Shown here: in pieces, positions 30,933 to 40,585 of the stretch
Layout of the letters: each line of letters begins with the position of its first letter
Numbering within the stretch: position 1 is the first letter of the stretch
NCBI GenBank assembly: GCA_963702845.1
Contig: OY969763.1
Location: 4,672,001 to 4,736,000, forward strand
Source of the DNA: an uncultured Verrucomicrobiae bacterium
GTDB taxonomy: Bacteria; Verrucomicrobiota; Verrucomicrobiia; Limisphaerales; Palsa-1400
Direction: 5' to 3'
DNA length: 64,000 nt
Translations under genes and position numbers: made by a program
The notes under the pieces: model-generated
Told to the model about the DNA's origin: nothing
Database searches by the model: none
The model's input: only the letters and a program-made list of their open reading frames with translations

Positions 30933-32024
30933 TGAGCGACGAACATTCCATTTTGACAAAGCCCACGCCGTCCGACGCCCCTGTTTCTGAGGACGCCGGC
31001 TCACAAGCGCTGTCAGAAGCGCTGAAGAGCAGCTTCTTCATCGTCAAGTTCATCATGGTCGGTTTGGTGGTGATATTCCTTGGCTCCGGCTTTTTCACCG
31101 TAAAAGAAGGTAATCGCGCTATCATTTTGCGTTTCGGCAATCCCGTCGGTCAGGGTGAACAGGCATTGCTCGGCCCCGGTTATCACTGGGCCTGGCCCGC
31201 GCCGATCGACACGGTCGAACAAATTCCGATCAAATCGATTCAAACGGCGGAATCAACTGTCGGTTGGTATTCCGGCGGCAGTGCATTTAGCGTTGCTGGC
31301 CCTGATAACAATTCCGGCTCCAGCGCCTTGAACCCCGCAAGGGAGAGCTACGCCATCACCGCAGACGCAAACATAATTCATGTAGCCGCGCAATTGCGCT
31401 ATCGCATTACTAACCCAATTCGCTTCCATTTTGATTTTAGCGATGCGACATTTTTCGTCACCAACGCTCTGAATAACGCGCTGATTTTCACCGCCAGCCA
31501 GTTCACCGTCGATGACGCGCTGATCGGAAAATCCGCTGCATTCCGCGAGCACGTTGCTTCGCGATTGAAAGACCTGGTAGAAACTCAACAGCTTGGAATC
31601 ACCGTCGAGCAGGTCGACGTCGTCACAGTGCCTCCGCAATATTTGCAGCCGAAGTTCCAGGAATTTCTGCAGGCGACCATCAAGCGCGACGACGCTCTTG
31701 ATTAAAGCCGAGAGCTACACGAACCAGGTTTACAGCCTCGCTCGCGCGGAATTTGAATCGCGCACCAACAGGGCCAACGCCGCCCGCACGCTTACCGTTC
31801 AACTGGCTAATGCCGAAGCGAAAAAGTTTCAGGATTTGTTGCCGAAATACGAAGCCAACCCGGAACTCTTCACCAGCATCCGCCAGTTGGAAACGTTGCA
31901 AAAAGTTTACGCGAACGCCTACGACAAATACCCTCTGCCGCACGGCCAACCTTTGGAGATTCGGACGCAACTTAATCGGGAACCGCGCAAAGAAGGCGCA
32001 CAGACAAATAGCGTTCCACAATAA
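30932..32024 (+). CDS. SPFH protein, HflK-like; frameshift near 31698
   Basis: Single TM, AIILRFG...GPGYHWAWPAPID, ITADANII, VPPQ; continues as LIKAESY...AEAKKFQDLLPKYEANPEL in the 31593.. frame. Confidence 0.82.
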
Positions 32025-32029
32025 TTTGT

Positions 32030-34065
32030 ATGCAAGTCACATCACTTCTCAGCCGACAGGAAGAGCACGATCACGATCCCTCGTGTGATTGTGGCCACCA
32101 GCATTCCCACGTCGTCCTGCCTCTTAAACAGACGCTGCTCGGACTGATTCTCGTTCTTAATTCCTATTTTGTTGGCTGGTGCTTTGGTGACAATGCCAGG
32201 CCTGTTGTCGCGGCTAGCGCGATGATCGGCGCAATCATCCTTGGTTTTCCCATCATGGTTGCTGCGATCAAGGATTTCCGTCGCGGCTTGCTCACGACCA
32301 ATGAACTCGTCGCCCTCGCTGTCCTCGCGTCCTTTGCCTTCGGTGCAACCGGCAATGGCAATTATCAGGAAGCCGGCGTCATCGCCTTCTTCATGTTACT
32401 CGGCCAAATCATCGAAACGCACACCGCCGAAGGCGCGCGGGCTTCCATCGAATCGCTCATCAAACTCACACCGACGAAAGCCCGTCGCATCACCAAACAA
32501 GGTGAAGAAGAAGTTGCCACCAAGGACCTCACCGTCGGTGACATGATTCGCGTCCGCCCCGGCGACAACGTTGCGGCTGACGGCATTATCGTGAACGGCC
32601 ACGGCTCGTTCAACCAGGCGAACATCACCGGTGAATCGTTGCCCGTTGACAAAAAACCCGGTGACGAAGTGTTTGCCGGAACTCAAAACCTCACCGGGGC
32701 CATCGAAATCCGCGTCACGCGCGCTGGCGAAGACACCACCTTGGGCAAGGTCCGCGAACTCATCCTTGCTGCCGAAAAAACGAAGCTACCCCTGATGCGC
32801 ATCATCGACCAATACATGGGCTTCTACACTCCGCTCGTGTTGGTCATCGGCGCATTGGTCTGGGCTTTCACTGGCGAACTGAGCCGCGTCATCGCGGTGT
32901 TCATCGTGGCCTGCCCTTGCGCATTCATTTTGGCCACGCCCAGTGCCATGGTCGCTGCACTCTCCGCTGCGGCACGTTTGGGTATTTTGATCAAAAACGT
33001 CGGCGACATCGAACTGGCCGCCAAAATCAACGCCTTCGTCTTCGACAAAACCGGCACGCTCACCACAGGCAAACTCGCGGTCAGCCGTTTGGCTCCAGCC
33101 GATGGCATAGCGCCTGCCGAACTGCTCCGCATCGCCGCTTCCGCTGAAAAATACAGCAACCATCCCACTGCGAAAGCCTTGGCGTCGCTCGCTACCGAAG
33201 CCGGTGTGCCCTTGGCCGAACCGAAAGACTTTTCCGAAACTGCCGGTCGCGGCATCGTCGCCCACATTGACGGCTCGAAAGTTGTCATCGGTCGCGCACA
33301 ATGGCTGAAGGACAACGGCGTCGCTGAAGACGTTCTTAAATCCGTCGACTTAAACGAAACCGAAGGCTTCAGCTTATTTTCGTCGCGCGCAACGGCAAAG
33401 GCCTCGGCTGGATCGGTCTTCAGGACCAAACCCGCGACGAAGCCCGCGCTGCCTTGGCTGATTTGAAGACCTGCGGCGTCCGTCGCATTGCGATGGTTTC
33501 CGGTGACCGTCAACCTGTGGCCACGCGCGTTGCCCGTGAAATCGGTTGTGAAGAAGCCATCGGCGAATGCTTGCCGCAAAACAAAGTCGAATTTGTTCGC
33601 GCGATGAAAGCCAAGGGTTATCGCGTCGCGGTCGTCGGCGATGGCGTCAACGACGCACCCGCGCTCGCCGCTGGTGATATGGGTATCGCGATGGGAGCTG
33701 CCGGCAGCGAAGTCGCCATCCATAGCGCCACCCTCGCCCTCATGAACAATGACCTGCGACGGTTGCCGTTCCTGATTCGCCTGTCGCGCCAGACCCGCTC
33801 GGTCATCAACCAGAACTTCCTGTTCGGCATCTGTTTCGTCATTGGCGGCCTCGTGCTCGCAGCGATGAAGTATATCAACCCGATCGTGGCGGCGATGCTG
33901 CACGTCATAGGATCATTGTTGGTTGTCTTCAACAGCGCGCGTCTCGTGCGCCAGGGTGAGGAATTCGATCCGCACCAAACCGTCGTCGTCGAAGCCCGTC
34001 CCCCGGCACCGGCAACACCGGATCCCTCTACGGCACCAAAAATTGCTCCGCGGCTCGCAGCATAA
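32030..34065 (+). CDS. Heavy-metal-translocating P1B-type ATPase; frameshift near 33375
   Basis: N-terminal HDHDPSCDCGHQHSH, ITGES, VACPCAFILATP, FDKTGTLT, SNHP, then SGD, GDGVNDAPAL and last-helix LHVIGS in the 33454.. frame. Confidence 0.92.
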
Positions 34066-34111
34066 GACTACCGTATTTGACAATCTGAACGGGTTTCGTA
34101 TCTATAAACGT

Positions 34112-34633
34112 ATGATACGACCCGTTTCTCTCCTTAGCGCACTCGTCTTGTCATTGGCCTTGGGTGCCATTGCCGCTCCTAAAGTCGGCGACAAAGCACC
34201 GGAATTCTCCGCCAAAGACCAGACCGGAAAAACCTGGGACCTTAAAAACCTCGAACGCACCAAGGCGGTCCTGCTGTATTTTTATCCCAAAGATGATACG
34301 CCGGGCTGCACCAAGGAGGCCTGCGGCCTACGCGATCGCATGGGCGACCTCGAAAAGGACAACGTCCAGGTTCTCGGCGTCAGCTTCGACAACGCCGAAA
34401 GCCATCAAAAATTCATTTCCAAATTCAACCTGAACTTCCCGCTTCTTGTCGATACCGACGGCAAAATTGCCGACGAATACGGCGCCCGCATGAAAGCCCG
34501 ACCCACCATGGCCCGCCGCGTCAGCTTCCTGATCGGCAAAGACGGCACCATCAAACACATCACCGACAATCCCAGTGCAGATGTGCATTTGAAGGAAATG
34601 AAACAAGCCGTCACGGAATTGGCAGCCAAGTAA
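34112..34633 (+). CDS. bcp: Peroxiredoxin of the BCP/PrxQ family with N-terminal signal peptide
   Basis: FYPKDDTPGCTKEAC (PxxxTxxC plus resolving Cys 5 residues later); start at ATG 34112 gives MIRPVSLLSALVLSLALGAIA. Confidence 0.88.
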   Translation: MIRPVSLLSALVLSLALGAIAAPKVGDKAPEFSAKDQTGKTWDLKNLERTKAVLLYFYPKDDTPGCTKEACGLRDRMGDLEKDNVQVLGVSFDNAESHQKFISKFNLNFPLLVDTDGKIADEYGARMKARPTMARRVSFLIGKDGTIKHITDNPSADVHLKEMKQAVTELAAK

Positions 34634-34659
34634 TTATTGATTCGCAACGTCAAAGCGGA

Positions 34660-34675
34660 CGGCACGCCGTTTGCT
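34660..34675 (+). promoter_or_regulatory. Putative sigma54 promoter
   Basis: CGGCACGCCGTTTGCT, near-consensus TGGCACG-N4-TTGC(A/T). Confidence 0.6.
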
Positions 34676-34695
34676 TGATACACAATTGCGAATGC

Positions 34696-34756
34696 GGAAA
34701 CGGCCCCTCACCCGGCACCCCACTATATGCCCTTGGTGAGGGGCTTCCTCTTTTTT
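34696..34756 (+). terminator. Long hairpin with U-tract (intrinsic terminator)
   Basis: GCCCCTCACC (34703-12) pairs with GGTGAGGGGC (34735-44), extended by GGAA/TTCC, then TCTTTTTT. Confidence 0.7.
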
Positions 34757-34839
34757 AAACCACAATTTAGAATTCAAAGTTCAGAAGCAGCTTGCTCGCG
34801 CCCGCGTCTTTGCTACGCTGCCGGGTGACATCGTCGCCA

Positions 34840-36276
34840 ATGTCAACTAAAGAGACCTTGGCGCACGCTTGCGCGCTATCGTGGGCGATGACGGCGTCGT
34901 CGACAATCCCAAGGAACTGCTCGTTTACGAGTGCGACGCTTACACGATCGAAAAGAATCTCCCGACCGCCGTCGTCCTTCCAGAACCACTGAAGAGGTCG
35001 CCGCATCACCAAAGTTTGCGCCGAATATAAACGTGCCAATCATTCCACGCGGCGCTGGCACAAGCCTAAGCGGCTCCGTTTTGCCGTAACTGGCGGCGTC
35101 ATGATCGCCGTGTCACGCGCATGAACAAAATCTCGACATCGATTTCCGCAATCGACGCGCGCTCGTTGAAGCCGGTTGCGTCAACGCCTGGGTCACCAAC
35201 GCGGTGAAAAGCACAAGGCATGCTCTATGCCCCGGACCCCTCCAGCCAATCCGCCTGCACCATTGGTGGCAATGTCGCCATGAATTCCGGCGGACCGCAC
35301 ACTTTGAAATACGGCGTCACCACCAATCACGTCCTCGGCTTCGAAATGGTCTTGCCCGATGGCGAAGTGGTTTGGTTCGGTACGCGGCCCGACGGCGGCG
35401 AAGATGTCGAAGGCTACGATTTACGCGGAGCCGTCATCGGCTGTGAAGGCATGTTCGGCATCATCACACGTGCGCTCGTGCGCCTGATCCGCGCGCCACA
35501 AGGTTTCAAAACGCTCCTCGGCATTTTCGAAAATGTCGATGCCGCCAGCCAGACCGTCAGTGATATTATCAGCGCCGGAATTGTCCCCGGCGCGATGGAG
35601 ATGATGGACCAACTCATCACCCAGGCTATTGAAGCCGCTTATAAATTTGGTTTCCCGCTTGATGCTGGCGCATGCTTGATCATCGAACTGGACGGTCTGC
35701 AAGCCGGTCTCGAATCTCAGGCAGAACAGTGTCATCGCGCTCTGCAAACAAAACGGCGCGCGCGAAGTGCGCATCGCCAAATCAGAGCAGGAACGCATGG
35801 ATCTCTGGAAATGCCGCAAGCGCGCTTTCGGCGCCATCGGCCGCCTCAGTCCAAACTTTCTCACGCAAGACGGCGTCGTCCCGCGCTCCAAGCTGCCCGA
35901 GATCATGCGCTTCATTCGCAAGTGCAGCGAAAAATACGGCCTGCGCATCCCGAACGTCTTCCATGCCGGCGATGGTAACATCCATCCCTTGATCCTCTAC
36001 GATGAACGCTATCCCGAGCAGGTGCGCGATGCGATCGCCGTCGGCAACGAAATCCTCGAAAAATGCGTCGAACTCGGCGGCAGCGTGACCGGTGAGCACG
36101 GCATCGGCGTCGAAAAAATCGATTTCATGGCCAAGCAATTCACCAAGGACGACCTCGATGCGATGCGAGCTTTGCGAACCGTTTTCGATCCACATGGTCG
36201 CTGCAATCCGCACAAAATGTTTCCCGGTTCAAAACGCTGCGGGGATTTTGCGCCGAAGAAACAAATTGCCGCATAA
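34840..36276 (+). CDS. glcD: FAD-linked oxidase, glycolate oxidase subunit GlcD-like; several frameshifts (34860-35160, ~35730)
   Basis: LLVYECDAY, PRGAGTSLSG, YAPDPSSQSACTIGGNVAMNSGGPHTLKYGVT, QDGVVPRSKL, NVFHAGDGNIHP, GEHGIG across frames. Confidence 0.8.
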
Positions 36277-36805
36277 TTTACACGCAGATTGTCGCCCCTT
36301 CGTTCGCCGCAATGGGTGAACATCAGGAAAAATCCGACAAACCGGTTCAGGCGAAAACCGGCGAGATCCCATAACCACGTCACAAGTCCGGTTCCTTAGC
36401 TCGTGACCAACGAATGTTCCAGATGACACGTATACTCAGGCTAGCAACTTCCCCGATGACAAATAGCGCACGCACCCGATTGATAGAATCGCAACCGCTT
36501 CGATATGCTCAAGAGGCGTTAAACGATAGAAGTTAGAGAGAACCCTGAGTGTGTTATGAAAGACCTCGAGACCCTACAGCGAGAGGAAACTCGCGAATCA
36601 GTTGATCCGCAATTTAGCATCACCGCGCCGGAAACCACGCGGGCCGTTCAGCAGTCAGAACCCAACAGCCACCTTCCGTATGTCGATTCATTGATCGGCA
36701 GCGAAAGCTATCGGCTCAGTCCGCTGTCTGAATGGTAATACGTTGAAGTGCCCAACCCAGGTTCGTCTTCGGACTGAGCCTGAGTTCGGCCCTCCAGCGG
36801 TCAGA

Positions 36806-37036
36806 CTAATCGGGCCACCACCAATCGTGCTTCGGTGGGACCGTCGGTACTGGTGATTGCGTCCAAATGTATTTATCGGTATCCGTGCTCGAACTCACTG
36901 GCGCCCCGGAATACCTCCAGTCGATTTTCGCCGGTTCCCACGACCGCTCAGCACCGCTCGGTTCTGTGATTGTCTTGCCGGTCTGACAACCGATGAGAAG
37001 CAACGCCAGTCCAGCAACTGAAAGGTAAAGTTTCAT
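36806..37036 (-). CDS. Small lipoprotein (76 aa)
   Basis: MKLYLSVAGLALLLIG|C lipobox, GGAGG upstream, Trp-rich tail HDWWWPD. Confidence 0.65.
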   Translation of the reverse strand: MKLYLSVAGLALLLIGCQTGKTITEPSGAERSWEPAKIDWRYSGAPVSSSTDTDKYIWTQSPVPTVPPKHDWWWPD

Positions 37037-37081
37037 AGCCCTCCTACCCCAACTTCGCCTAAGCAGACTTTCAGACAAGGC

Positions 37082-38837
37082 TCATTTACCGCGCTTCTTC
37101 TTAAGCTCAGTCATCAAAGCGGCATACGGCAAAGTGTTAATCACGTCCGACTTCTCCAACCACCCTTTCCGCGCGACGCCCGCGCCGAGCCGCAAAAAAC
37201 CAACGTTACTATTATGGTGCGCGTCGCAATTGATGACGCATTTCACGCCTTTATCCTTGGCGTAATGCCAAAGCCGCCAATCCATATCGAACCGATGCGG
37301 GTTCGCATTCAATTCGATCCACGTCCCCGTTTCCGCGCACGCATCGATAATCGCGTGCTGGTTGACCTTGTAAGCTTCGCGCTCGAGCAACAGACGGCCG
37401 GTCAAATGGCCGATGATGTGCACATAAGGATTCTGCACTGCGCGCAAAATCCGCTTTGTCATCTCTGCCTCGCCCTGCTGAAAACTTGGCATGCACACTC
37501 GCGACGACCACATCCAACTCCGCCAGCAAGTCATCTTCAAAATCCAATGTCCCATCCGTCAGAATGTCCACCTCTGACCCGCTCAACAATCGAAACGAAA
37601 CCTTTTCCTGCGCGAGCTTTTTGTTGTAGTTCGCGAACTTCCGCAATCTGCTGCCGCACTTTCGCCGCATCCAAACCATTCGCTTGGAATGATGCCTTCG
37701 AGTGATCGGTTATCGCCCAGTAAGCAAGACCAAGATCCTGCATGTGCTCGGCCGTTTCCTCAATCGTGCAACGTCCATCGCTCCACGTCGTGTGATTGTG
37801 CAGCGAACCTTTCAACTCCGTCCATTCAAGCAGCCTCGGTAAATCACCCTTTTCCCGCGACCGACGAATTCGCCCTGGTCCTCGCGCAATTCCGGCGGCA
37901 CATACGACAATCCAAGTTTCGCAAAAACTTCTTCTTCAGTTTTACATTCAATCAGTAGCTTCGGGTCACGCGTTTCGACTTCCGATTTAAACAACCCATA
38001 CTCATTCAACCGCCACCCACGTTGAATCGCGCGCTGTCGCATGACAATATTGTGTTCCTTGCTTCCGGTAAAATACATCAGCGCATACGGAAACTCCGAA
38101 TCACTCACGACCCGCAAATCAGCCTGAATCCCACCCTCCAACACCACACTCGCTTTCGTATCGCCTTTCGCAGTGACGCTCAGCATGCCGGGTTGTTGCG
38201 TAAAAAATTCAATGATCCCCTGCGGCTTCTTGCTCGAGACCAGAAAATCAATATCGCCAATAATTTCTTTGAATCGGCGCAAACTTCCTGCCGTGCTGCA
38301 CCGAATCACATCCGGATGCGCCCGCAAATTATCCAGAATCGGTTCGGCTACCGCAAAGCATCGCCCAGCAAATGCCGGTCTGCGTATTGGCGTCGGAAAT
38401 TAATCCCCGCGCAAATATTCGTCTGCGTTTTCTCCCCAAACCCATCCAACACCGCGACTTTGCCTTCGTGACACGCCTTCTCGAGTTGCTCGATCGTTTC
38501 GATGCCGAGCTTGTCGTGCAGCGCTTTGATTTTTTTCGGGCCAAGGCCCGGAATGCCCGAGCATCGCGACCAACCCCGGCGGAATCGATGCCTTCAATTC
38601 ATCGTAATACGCCAGCTTACCCGTCTAAATCATCTCCACGATTTTTTCGCGAAGACTATCGCCCACGCCTTTGACCGGCTCAGCATCTTCCGCAAACGCT
38701 TTCTCCAGAGGAATATTGAGCCCTTGCACGGAGCGCGCCGCGTTCGAGTAGGCGCGCGATTTGAAAGGGTTTTCGCCCTTCAATTCCAGCAGCATCGCGA
38801 TTTCACTGAGGATCTCGGCAACCTGATCTTTGTTCAC
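37082..38837 (-). CDS. polX: DNA polymerase X fused to PHP domain (PolX); broken by ~6 frameshifts
   Basis: GTG start NKDQVAEIL..ENPFKSRAY; AGSLRRFKEIIGDIDFL, QADLRVV, YFTGSKEHN, LNEYGL, PPELRE; PHP motifs HNHTTWSDG, ITDHS, HLTGR, NCDAH. Confidence 0.9.
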
Positions 38838-38869
38838 TGGCAAAACATACGGCAGGGCTGGATTTTTAA

Positions 38870-38980
38870 AAAGCTCCAAGCTCCAAACCCCACGCACCAG
38901 AGAAACATCAAACACCAAGATCCAAACAGCGATGCGCCTTGGGTTTTGGATGTTGAAGCTTCTCTGGATCTTGGATCTTC
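38870..38980. repeat. Heptamer-based (CTCCAAG / CTTGGAT) inverted-repeat element, MITE/REP-like
   Basis: AAGCTCCAAGCTCCAAA...CCAGAGAAACATCAAACACCAAGATCCAAA ... TTTGGATGTTGAAGCTTCTCTGGATCTTGGATCTT; arms are complementary. Confidence 0.75.
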
Positions 38981-39032
38981 CGCAGAAAACGATTTGAAAA
39001 CCGCGTCGCACTGTTATCCTCCTCGAACGAAT

Positions 39033-39948
39033 ATGACAAGAAGTGTTTGCTTCCCCTCCTGCTCGCCCTCGCTCCACTTACCGCCTGTAAACACGTTGCT
39101 GTCCAACAACGCCAAAGCGCCGCAAACCCTCACCATCGGCGCGTGGAACATGGAATGGCTGGGCAACACCAACCGCCGCTCCGACCAACCCGATCCGCAC
39201 GTCGTCGCAAATTACATTCGCAACAGCCATGCCCAAGTGCTCGGCCTTGAAGAAATCTGCGAAACCCAACCCGGCACACTGAAAAACATAATTCTCGACC
39301 AAACGGTCGCGCTTCTTTCGACCAACGGCGCGCATTGGCAATATCGCATGTTCGATTCTCACACCGAACGTGGCCAGAATACTGGCGTGATGTGGAATGC
39401 AGATGTTGTTACAGCTAGCGAATCGTTTGAAATTCCGGTCGACCACGCCGAAAGTTCGACGAATCTGAAAAAATGGGACCGCGCGCCTTACGCGACACAG
39501 TTTTCCACCGGCAAAGACAAAACTGATTTCGTCCTCATCCCCGTCCACATGAAATCCAACATCGGCGGCGGCACAACCATTCCGCACCGAAATGAAGAAG
39601 CGCAAACGCTGATCACGGCCCTGCCCAAGATCGAAGAACATTTTCACGGGAACAAAGACCTCGAGCGCGACATTATAATAATTGGTGACTTCAACACCAT
39701 GAAACACAGCGAAGCTTGCATCGTCAGCTACGAAGCGGCCGGTTTCATCGATCTGAACCCGCAAGATGTCGTCACAGAAAAATCACGCCGCTATCCGCCT
39801 GCGCCTTTCGATCGCGCCCTCGTTCGCGGCGTCGCAACCGGAATTTCAATCGCACAAATTCGCCATGATTGAAGATGGCTTTGTCGAAGGCCTCTCCGAC
39901 CATCACCTCGTCACAAGTGAAATCACGATCTGTCGCGATGACGATTAG
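39033..39948 (+). CDS. Endonuclease/exonuclease/phosphatase (EEP) family protein, probable lipoprotein; frameshifted at both ends
   Basis: IGAWNMEWLG, LGLEEI, PVHMKS, IIIGDFN, FDR and GLSDHHLV (in the 39766.. frame); lipobox-like LLLALAPLTA|C in the 39047.. frame. Confidence 0.8.
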
Positions 39949-40000
39949 CCGCAAGAGATTGCGCGCGCCTCAAAGCGTGCCTATGCTTTTGGTCCTTGAA

Positions 40001-40585
40001 ATGAGTCCGGCTGCCCCAAACAACAAATCAGGAACGCACCATCAATGTGGCTGCGGCGATCATGATCCTGTCGGCCGCCGCAGTTTTTTCAAGGAGGCTG
40101 CCACGATCGTGCTTGGAGCCGTCGCCGTAATCGCTCCAATCGGCGCTGCCGTTTCCGTCATGCTCGACCCGCTCCATCGAAAAGGCGGCGCAGGCAAATT
40201 TCATTCGCGTCGCGTCGCTCAATTCCGTCCCAGCCGATGGCATCCCTCGAAAATTTGCAATCATCGCTGATCGTACTGATGCCTGGAATCAATATCCCAA
40301 CACCCCTATTGGCGCAGTTTACTTCGCCGCCCGGACGAAAAACAATAGAAGCGTTCAACGTTGTCTGTCCCGCACGCAGGCGGCTTTATCGATTACAACA
40401 CGCAGCAAAATTGTTTTCTCTGCCCACTGCACGACAGCATGTTTTCTCTCGATGGTTCCATTAAAGATCCGAAAAGCCCTTCCCCGCGTCCGATGGATTC
40501 GTTGAAAGTCGAAGTTCGCAATAACGAAATCTGGGTTGCCTTCCAAAACTTCCACGCTGGCACGCGCGAGAAGATCCCGGCATGA
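40001..40585 (+). CDS. Rieske 2Fe-2S subunit of a Rieske/cytochrome b complex; frameshifted
   Basis: Tat motif RRSFFK plus TM; VVCP-HAGG box I across the frameshift, FLCPLHDSMF box II, SPSPRPMDSL; ATGA overlap with cytochrome b. Confidence 0.85.

Noticed and set aside
38502..39032. N-terminal part of the 456-aa ORF
   Set aside because: Antisense to polX and runs through the heptamer repeat; the EEP protein starts near 39033.
28125..40585. Programmed ribosomal frameshifting or phase variation
   Set aside because: Breaks are numerous, lie in unrelated genes and are not at consistent slippery or long homopolymer sites; sequencing error is simpler.
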